A stretch of DNA of 64,000 bases from an uncultured delta proteobacterium (lineage in GTDB: Bacteria > Desulfobacterota > Binatia > UBA9968). Below the pieces are notes generated by a model. It did no database searches and had not been told where the DNA came from. It saw nothing but the letters and a program-made list of their open reading frames with translations. A program made the translations under genes and the position numbers. Below are positions 57,335 through 64,000 of this stretch, in pieces; positions within the stretch are counted from its first letter, which is position 1, and the number at the start of each line of letters is the position of its first letter. The stretch covers positions 1 to 64,000 of the forward strand of contig CAWFJP010000016.1 in assembly GCA_963816145.1 (NCBI GenBank), given 5' to 3'.

Positions 57335-57408
57335 GATGACAAGGCCTATGAGCGAATCGTCGTCAGATGAGCAGTCAATTGTCGTTGCGAAAATAGTGGG
57401 TTTCTAAC

Positions 57409-57891
57409 TCACTTTTTCTTTGCGCTAAAGAATTTGCCATTCTTAAGAACATCGCCAAAACTTGCCCAAGCATAGTCGAATTTTCCGGTAGAGGAAATAC
57501 GCAATGCGGCCGAAGTCAGTGTTCTCATAAAGGTGACTTGCAACTCCTCGGTGGCCTGCGTGGATCCGGAAGGAAACTGGGCATCTTCGTGGATTGCGTC
57601 CTTAATTGAGACTTCGCCGATGCCACTGCGAACATTTCGATAAAAGTAGTCGCGGTTGCGTGCCGGAGAGACATGCTCGTCAGCCCCAAGTATCAGCACA
57701 GGCTTTTTGATTCGGCTCAAATATCCGGGCAACTCCCTACTGATTGCAGCGGGATCAAGCAAAATGGCGCCCGTGGCGGGCGCTCCGTCGGCCAGTGCGA
57801 CGGCCACTAAGGTTTTGCCATTACTAACCCATGGACCTTTATTGGGTAGCTGCAAGGATAGACTATGCATACCCCAGGATGCCAAATGCAT
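57409..57891 (-). pseudogene. C-terminal fragment of an alpha/beta hydrolase-like protein
   Basis: GAILLDPA, PVLILGAD, A.HEDAQ; the nucleophile elbow and N-terminus are not intact. Confidence 0.5.
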
Positions 57892-57951
57892 GGCCTGATA
57901 GGTATGGTCTTCCTTTTTTTCAGAGATGGGTAGCCCAAATGGATCGGACTT

Positions 57952-58128
57952 TTACGTCACAACAATCGAAAAGAAAAGACTAGAAGTGAAAGGGCGACTC
58001 CGATCGTGTTCCGATCCGGATCGAAAGCCGTCGGAATTGACCCCAAAATAGAGCGCAACGGCGCCGTTCCCGACGGCAACCACGATGATCAACAGTGCTT
58101 TGACTATTCTTCGGCCTGGGGCTGTCAT
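57952..58128 (-). pseudogene. Diverged duplicate of the 5' end of the ydbH-like gene
   Basis: MTAPGRRIVKALLII...ALYFGVNSDGFR versus MARPARRIVMIFSVL...ALYVGVNSDGFR. Confidence 0.75.
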
Positions 58129-58533
58129 GTTTATTGAAAAACTCTTTGACGGATATGGCGCTCGTTAACGTTTACGTCTCAGCTCACTGACGAGTTGGCG
58201 CCAAGTTGCCGCTTAAATCGTTCAGTACGATTGATTGTCCATGACAGAATGGTGTTTTGCAATTTGACAGTAGGTTTTTCTTTGGCATATAAACGACTTC
58301 GTCCTAAGGACGATCGGTTGGATGATCGATTTTCAGTTCGTAATTTCGTGCCGAGATGGAGTAACAAAGGGTCTGAAGGCGTCTCGTTTACCGGAACGGT
58401 GGGCAATTGAGCGCCGGTAATCCCGGCGAAGAACTAGGGGAGAAATTCAACTAAGCGCAAATCGTTGTTTAACGATACTCCAATTATCGACAAGGCCGCG
58501 ATCCAAGCGGTTCAACTTTTCGAGGAGGCGAGC

Positions 58534-58941
58534 ATGATTCAAGAATTTAAAGAATTCATTCAGAGAGGGAATGTCGTGGACCTTGCCGTCGGTGTCGTAA
58601 TCGGCGGCGCCTTCGGCAAGATCGTCGCGTCGTTTGTCGAGGATGTGCTGATGCCGCCCATCGGCTTGATGCTTGGCGGCGGGGATTTCTCGAATTTGTT
58701 TATCAATCTATCGGGGAAGGATTTTCCCAGCGTCGCCGCGGCCAAGGCGGCGGGCGCGCCGACTTTGAACTACGGCATCTTTATCAACAACATCATATTT
58801 TTCTTGATCGTCGCGTTTGCGATTTTCATGATGGTCAAAGCGGTTAATAGATTGCAGAAGCCGGCGGCTGCACCACCTCCGGCGGGTCCGACAAAAGATC
58901 AGCAGTTGCTGACGGAGATCCGCGACCTATTGAAGAAGTAA
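58534..58941 (+). CDS. mscL: Large-conductance mechanosensitive channel
   Basis: [27 protein letters not shown]...[10 protein letters not shown]. Confidence 0.97.
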   Translation: MIQEFKEFIQRGNVVDLAVGVVIGGAFGKIVASFVEDVLMPPIGLMLGGGDFSNLFINLSGKDFPSVAAAKAAGAPTLNYGIFINNIIFFLIVAFAIFMMVKAVNRLQKPAAAPPPAGPTKDQQLLTEIRDLLKK

Positions 58942-59008
58942 CCTTAGTGTCGGTAGTTTCACTCAGTAACCGGTGCACCTGCTCGTTTTCTAACCCGCGC
59001 CACGCCGG

Positions 59009-60304
59009 TTGCGGCAGTCGATTATGTATACATTGCATCGACCAAAGTTAGGAGTTCTTTGCGCGACGATGGTTGCGCTTACGCTTTTTGGTGATGCCCA
59101 GTTGGGCGCCAACGAAGCGGCCAAAGCCAAAGAAATGCAGCTCGCCGCGCTGGCGTTGCCATCCACGGCCCGGGCTGACTGGCAGCAGTGGGATTCATTT
59201 TTTACCTTCGCCGTTAAGCGGTTGGCTCAGGAACTGCGCCCAGCGCAGCGGGATCAAATGGCGGAAGTGTTTCTCGATGCGCGTTATCAACTCACCGAAG
59301 TGGTGAATTCCGGGGCATCGGACCCGGTGCCGCGTTTGTTTCTCGATAGCTGGGAGCGCGTTTCGCCAATTCTGAAACAATCTTTGACGAGCTTGCCGCC
59401 GCAAACTGCCAGTCAATTTACCGGGTTCATCGGTTCGATGGACACGCTCAAGAACCTGGCGAATCTAGGTGGGCAGTTCGGTTTTTTTCGCATTACGCCT
59501 GATGCATTGCGCGGCGCGGCGCGCTTTCTCGGCACCGGCAACGGCGACCCGCTCGCCTACACCCTCGACATCGATAGCGCCCTGCGGACTTTGCTGGGGT
59601 TTACCGAAGAACTTCCGCCGGCCCGGCCATCGTCAGCCATCGAGCACGGCAGGCTGGAGCGGCTACGCGATAAAGCTGCGGCCAGTCTGCGCAGGTTGTC
59701 GGTGCGGTCGGCTCATGCCGCGGAAGATGAATTCGATCGGTTAAACAATTGGGTTCCGGAGAGTCGTGAATTGCCAGAGTACCTTTTGATTGTGCAAAAA
59801 CTTTTCAGTGAAACCAGCGACCATGTGCTGGCGAAATCTTCGCTTGGCGCCGAACATCAAAAACTATACCGCCAGACCGTGCTTGCCACCGGCTGGCAGG
59901 AGAGTTGTTGGCGCCAGTTCGTCAAAAAAGGGGACAAGCTGACACCGCTCGCTTCGAGCACCGGCGATGTCGGCTTGATGCAGGTCAACCGCACCACTTG
60001 GCGCAGCCTCTACGACATCAAGGGACTCTCGGGCGATATGAGTTATAATGGCCACGCCGGTGCCGAGATCCTGTATCAATATCTGACTCGATACGCGATT
60101 GGTAAGGGGGAGGACAAACAACCCGGCGGCCATCTCGCGAGGGCGACCTATTCGGCTTACAACGCCGGCCCCGGCGGTCTGGCGCGCTATCGTGGCGTGC
60201 GCCAGAGCGCAACTTGGAAAAAGGTCGACGAAGCCTTCTGGGCGAAGTTCAAAGCGGTGAGCGCCGGCCAGGAACTGGCGATAAAGAGCTGCTACGGCGC
60301 TTGA
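59009..60304 (+). CDS. Exported protein with a C-terminal SLT-like lysozyme domain
   Basis: WQESCW, GDVGLMQVN, YSAYNAGP. Confidence 0.8.
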   Translation: MRQSIMYTLHRPKLGVLCATMVALTLFGDAQLGANEAAKAKEMQLAALALPSTARADWQQWDSFFTFAVKRLAQELRPAQRDQMAEVFLDARYQLTEVVNSGASDPVPRLFLDSWERVSPILKQSLTSLPPQTASQFTGFIGSMDTLKNLANLGGQFGFFRITPDALRGAARFLGTGNGDPLAYTLDIDSALRTLLGFTEELPPARPSSAIEHGRLERLRDKAAASLRRLSVRSAHAAEDEFDRLNNWVPESRELPEYLLIVQKLFSETSDHVLAKSSLGAEHQKLYRQTVLATGWQESCWRQFVKKGDKLTPLASSTGDVGLMQVNRTTWRSLYDIKGLSGDMSYNGHAGAEILYQYLTRYAIGKGEDKQPGGHLARATYSAYNAGPGGLARYRGVRQSATWKKVDEAFWAKFKAVSAGQELAIKSCYGA

Positions 60305-60322
60305 CCGGGGCCGGCTCGAAAG

Positions 60323-61087
60323 CTACCTACCACGAAAATTCGCTCGCGCCTCCGGCAACCACTCCTTAATTTGATTGATTCTCGTGGCGTCGCTTGGATG
60401 AGTCGAGAGAAATTCAGGCGGCTTGTCTCCGGGAAGCTTCGACATCCTCTCCCAAAAGGTAACCGCACCGGTAGGATCGTAGCCCGCTTTGGCCATTAAC
60501 GTTAAGCCGATGCGGTCCGCTTCCGACTCTTGGGTGCGCCCCCAAGGGAGCAATACGCCGATGGTAGCGCCGAGGCCGTAGGCCTTGAGTACATCAGCCT
60601 GCATAGCGGGACTGACTTTGCCGACCCCGACAGCGAGCACTTGGCCAAGGGCCTCAGCGCCCAATTCTTGACTCATCCGTTCGGCGCCGTGGCGGGCGAG
60701 CGCATGAGCTACCTCATGCCCCATGATCACGGCAATTCCATTGTCGTCCTGGGCGATTGGCATGATGCCTTCCCAGAAGGCGACCTTGCCTCCGGGCAGG
60801 GCAAACGCGTTAACTTCCTTGCCTTGAAGGACGCTAAACTCCCATTTGTAATCCGGCTTCTCCGCTGCCGCTGCGATCCGCTGGCCAACTCGGCGTAGTT
60901 GGGCCTGCCAATCTTTTCGCGTCGATAAGCGTTCCTTGCTTAGAGTTTCTTTATAAGCATCATCGCCGAGCTTAAGTTCCTGTGACTCGGATACGACGAT
61001 GAATTGGGAGCGCCCGGTCTGCTGGACCGTTTGACATGCGACAATTAGAAATAAACCGACGGCACCACTTAGTAAGACTTTTATCAT
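60323..61087 (-). CDS. M48 family Zn metallopeptidase lipoprotein
   Basis: Lipobox IVAC, NAFALPGG, HEVAH, ESEAD, AGYDP, FLSTHP. Confidence 0.93.
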   Translation of the reverse strand: MIKVLLSGAVGLFLIVACQTVQQTGRSQFIVVSESQELKLGDDAYKETLSKERLSTRKDWQAQLRRVGQRIAAAAEKPDYKWEFSVLQGKEVNAFALPGGKVAFWEGIMPIAQDDNGIAVIMGHEVAHALARHGAERMSQELGAEALGQVLAVGVGKVSPAMQADVLKAYGLGATIGVLLPWGRTQESEADRIGLTLMAKAGYDPTGAVTFWERMSKLPGDKPPEFLSTHPSDATRINQIKEWLPEARANFRGR

Positions 61088-61467
61088 CGTTGCCTCAACC
61101 CTTATTCTGAGAGGATTTCCCCGCGCGGCCATAATACCGAGACCGTAAAAGCTTTAAAAGCCGTTCTGGGTTGCTAGCGGAATCGCGCCTGGCGAATGCT
61201 CTCCCGGCTCCACAGCACGTGGGGGGGGGTAACCAGCAGCGAGTGTAGCGGCACGCGGCGAGAATCTTCGGTGTGCCAAGCCATCATTTGCTATAGCAGG
61301 GTTTGATTACTTGCGATCGATCTTTGTCCCGCGTTTGTTTCATTACCAGTGATGTAGCATACCGCCAAGTTCTTCCATGGACTGCCACGGTCTGCCTTAC
61401 CTCTATGGGGAGATTTCTGGCCCTTTTTGAGCCAAAGGCAGCGTTTGGAAGAATTCTACATTTTTGC

Positions 61468-61496
61468 TTGACAAGCTACGAGCCTTATACTAATTT
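61468..61496 (+). promoter_or_regulatory. Putative sigma-70 promoter of the OmpA-family gene
   Basis: TTGACA-17 bp-TAATTT upstream of a GGAGG RBS. Confidence 0.5.
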
Positions 61497-61532
61497 GGCC
61501 AAAAATTTGTATTTTTCATATGGGAGGCAGAA

Positions 61533-62246
61533 ATGACGAATAGCAACAAGTATCTAGCGTTAACCGCGCTAGGATTCTTCATGACCGGATGTACCGGTAT
61601 GACGAAGACCCAAGCCGGGCTCGTGGGTGCTGCGGTCTGCGGTGCAGCTGGTGCCGGTGGCGGCGCGGCCGCTGCGCATAACGGCGTAAACGGCAAGCAT
61701 AGAAACGAAGCGCTCGGCGCCGCGGTTGTTGGAGTCAGCAGCGCGCTCATTTGCGGCGGTCTAGCCTATTTATTCACGGAGAATCCCAAGCCGCCGCCTC
61801 CACCGCCTCCACCGCCGCCTCCACCGCCGCCACCGCCGCCTCCGCCAAAACCAAAACCGGAAGCAAAACCGGAAGCGAAACCAGCGCCAAAACCGGCGCC
61901 CAAGGTTGAGCGGACGATCATCCTCGATGACGTGCTCTTCGACTTCGATAAGAGCAATGTCAAGCCGGAAGCTGCGGCGATCTTGGATCGTTTGGTTGCT
62001 TTCATGAAAGAGAACTCGGACAAGAAGGCTAACCTTTCCGGTCACACCGATAACGTCGGTACTGAGGCCTACAACCAGGCGCTTTCTGAACGGCGCGTAT
62101 CTTCGGTCAAGGACTACGTTGTCGGCAAAGGTGTTGACGGCGGTCGTATCTCAGGACAGGGCTTCGGCGAGAGCAAGCCAATCGCGGATAACAAAACCGC
62201 GGAAGGCCGGTCTAAGAACCGTCGCGTTGAGATCAAAGTCAACTAA
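61533..62246 (+). CDS. OmpA-family lipoprotein with glycine zipper and poly-Pro linker
   Basis: Lipobox MTGC, FDFDKS, GHTD..G...YN..LS.RR, NRRVEI. Confidence 0.93.
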   Translation: MTNSNKYLALTALGFFMTGCTGMTKTQAGLVGAAVCGAAGAGGGAAAAHNGVNGKHRNEALGAAVVGVSSALICGGLAYLFTENPKPPPPPPPPPPPPPPPPPPPKPKPEAKPEAKPAPKPAPKVERTIILDDVLFDFDKSNVKPEAAAILDRLVAFMKENSDKKANLSGHTDNVGTEAYNQALSERRVSSVKDYVVGKGVDGGRISGQGFGESKPIADNKTAEGRSKNRRVEIKVN

Positions 62247-62262
62247 GCCTATCTAACGAGAC

Positions 62263-62652
62263 ATGACTATGCGGATGCCAGGAAAGATACTGACTGCTCT
62301 CTTCCTGGCATCCGCACTTTTGTTTCCTGCCTTCGCCGGCGCTCAGGTTGCCAACTTCAAAGAGATCGATGCCAAGGTCCGCGAGTTCCGTAGCGTGCTG
62401 GATCAAGCTGGGGTCAACGGTACTCGTTTCTGGACCAGACTCGATAGCAGCAAGCGGCCCCATCGGCTGTTTGTCGGCGAAGCGTTCATGAACGCCGGCG
62501 ACGACGCCAAGGAAAGCTTCATAGAAGTGTTTTCTCGCTTTCTCGCTGGTCATCCGGACAAAAACATGCTCATCGATATCTACGATGCGAACACGAGTAA
62601 GCTCATCGGCGAGTATGGTTTCGGCGGTTTTCGCCTCTTTCCACCAAAATAG
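62263..62652 (+). CDS. Hypothetical exported protein
   Basis: Signal peptide ending AGA, operon-like position after the OmpA-family gene. Confidence 0.6.
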   Translation: MTMRMPGKILTALFLASALLFPAFAGAQVANFKEIDAKVREFRSVLDQAGVNGTRFWTRLDSSKRPHRLFVGEAFMNAGDDAKESFIEVFSRFLAGHPDKNMLIDIYDANTSKLIGEYGFGGFRLFPPK

Positions 62653-62774
62653 ATTTGTCGCCGGCGCTCTCGTGGCAACGGACGGTTCGAACTTTTCTCA
62701 CGACAAATTCTGGATCCTCCCTTAGCTTAGCGGCTTGAGTCGCCCGGTCTGTATCCATCGCCGGTTTGCAACCT

Positions 62775-64000
62775 ATGGAACGGTCTTTGGCACGACTTCG
62801 CACGGAGGCGGTGGCGATCTTTAACGCTGCGGTTAAAGCCGTTGACGCGGCCCATGCTGTCAGACGTTATGTGCGAGTGAATGGTACAGCCATCGAAGTT
62901 GCCGATAGAATTTATTCGCTCGCCGACTTCCGTAGAATTTTTATCATCGGTGCCGGCAAAGCTGCAGTGCCGATGGCGCAAGTGATGGAAACGCTGCTTG
63001 GCGAGCGCCTTAGCGGCGGAATCGTCGTAACCAAGTATGGCCAAGCTCTGCCGTTACGGAAAGTTCGTGTCATCGAAGCTGCCCACCCGATCCCCGATGA
63101 TGCCGGTGTGGAAGGCGCGCGCCAGATCGCGGCCATTGCCCAGCAAGCAACCTGGCATGATCTAATTTTTGTTCTGGTATCAGGCGGCGGTTCAGCTCTG
63201 TTGCCGTACCCGATCGACGGGCTGAAATTGGAGGATACGCAGACCGTTGCGCACTTGATGCTGCGGAGCGGCGCAACCATTCGGGAAACCAACACGCTGC
63301 GGCGCCATCTGTCGCAGATCAAAGGTGGAAAGCTCGCGCGGTTGGCCTATCCCGCACAGGTGGTCACTCTCATTGTCTCCGATGTCGTCGGCGACACTCT
63401 CGAAGATATCGCTTCGGGGCCAACTGCGCCGGACCCGAGTCGCTACACCGACTGTTGGGAGATCATTCGCAAGTATCGGCTCCAAGAGTCGATTCCCCCC
63501 GTTGTACGCGCGATCCTCGATCAGGGTATCAGAGGTGAGATCGCCGAGACCGTCAAGGCGGTCGATATCGCTTTCACTAAAGTTCAGAATGTCATTATCG
63601 CCAGCAACCGACTCGCGACCGAGGCTGCAGGATCATATGCAGAAAGTTTGGGGTATCGGGTCACGATTCTGTCTAACGCCATCGAAGGCGAAAGCCGCGA
63701 GGTCGCCAAACGACACGCGGCAAGGTTGAAAAATATTTTGACTGGTTCGAGGCCCGAATCGATTTGTTTTATTTCCGGCGGTGAAACCACAGTGACCGTC
63801 CGCGCTGACGGCATGGGCGGCCGCAACCAAGAGTTTGCACTTGCCGCGGCTGTCGAGCTTGCAGGTGCAACAGGGGTGGTCGTGCTCAGCGCCGGCACCG
63901 ACGGTATCGATGGTCCGACGGACGCCGCCGGTGCGATCGTCGACGGCGCTACTTTGTCGCGCGGACGTTTGCAAGGTCACGACGCGGCGGATTTTTTGGC
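62775..64000 (+). CDS. Glycerate kinase type 2 (DUF4147/MOFRL), runs off the window end
   Basis: Manual translation from ATG 62775: GAGKAA, HPIPD, SGGGSAL, KGG, SDVVGD, IASGPT, GGETTV, GGRNQE, GTDGIDG. Confidence 0.92.
   Translation, partial: MERSLARLRTEAVAIFNAAVKAVDAAHAVRRYVRVNGTAIEVADRIYSLADFRRIFIIGAGKAAVPMAQVMETLLGERLSGGIVVTKYGQALPLRKVRVIEAAHPIPDDAGVEGARQIAAIAQQATWHDLIFVLVSGGGSALLPYPIDGLKLEDTQTVAHLMLRSGATIRETNTLRRHLSQIKGGKLARLAYPAQVVTLIVSDVVGDTLEDIASGPTAPDPSRYTDCWEIIRKYRLQESIPPVVRAILDQGIRGEIAETVKAVDIAFTKVQNVIIASNRLATEAAGSYAESLGYRVTILSNAIEGESREVAKRHAARLKNILTGSRPESICFISGGETTVTVRADGMGGRNQEFALAAAVELAGATGVVVLSAGTDGIDGPTDAAGAIVDGATLSRGRLQGHDAADFL

Noticed and set aside
61790-61900. CCG/CCA/CCT-rich repeat tract
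   Set aside because: It encodes the poly-Pro and PKPEAK linker of the OmpA-family lipoprotein.

Overview
64 kb of GC-rich bacterial chromosome. The gene repertoire resembles Candidatus Binatia/Binatota-type deltaproteobacteria; this is an inference from gene content only. No rRNA, tRNA, CRISPR array or transposase was seen. The left ~47 kb is a paralog-rich catabolic region. It holds six heme-oxygenase-like diiron (HDO; CADD/PqqC/TenA fold) genes in three motif classes and four UbiD decarboxylases, one closely resembling anaerobic phthaloyl-CoA decarboxylase, with no ubiX. It also holds eleven solute-binding-fold proteins with no permease or ATPase (one lacks a signal peptide), a Rieske oxygenase, cupins, dienelactone hydrolases, an orphan Mo-hydroxylase large subunit and an F420-type LLM enzyme. 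The best candidate for an undescribed system is a recurring SBP/HDO/UbiD/cupin module, clearest as a nine-gene minus-strand run at 29.3-39.6 kb. The right ~17 kb is envelope and housekeeping: a SpeE-like membrane fusion, proC, ydbH/ydbL-like genes, mscL, SLT, M48, OmpA and glycerate kinase. It includes a small AT-richer cargo flanked by a duplicated ydbH-mscL divergent promoter segment. Intergenic DNA carries many REP-like families, including a 132-bp MITE with 3-bp TSDs inserted three times into the loop of one hairpin family, and a hairpin-flanked DUF559 nuclease gene. Frameshifts in the first 8 kb probably reflect sequencing error. All product calls come from motif recognition; no searches were run.
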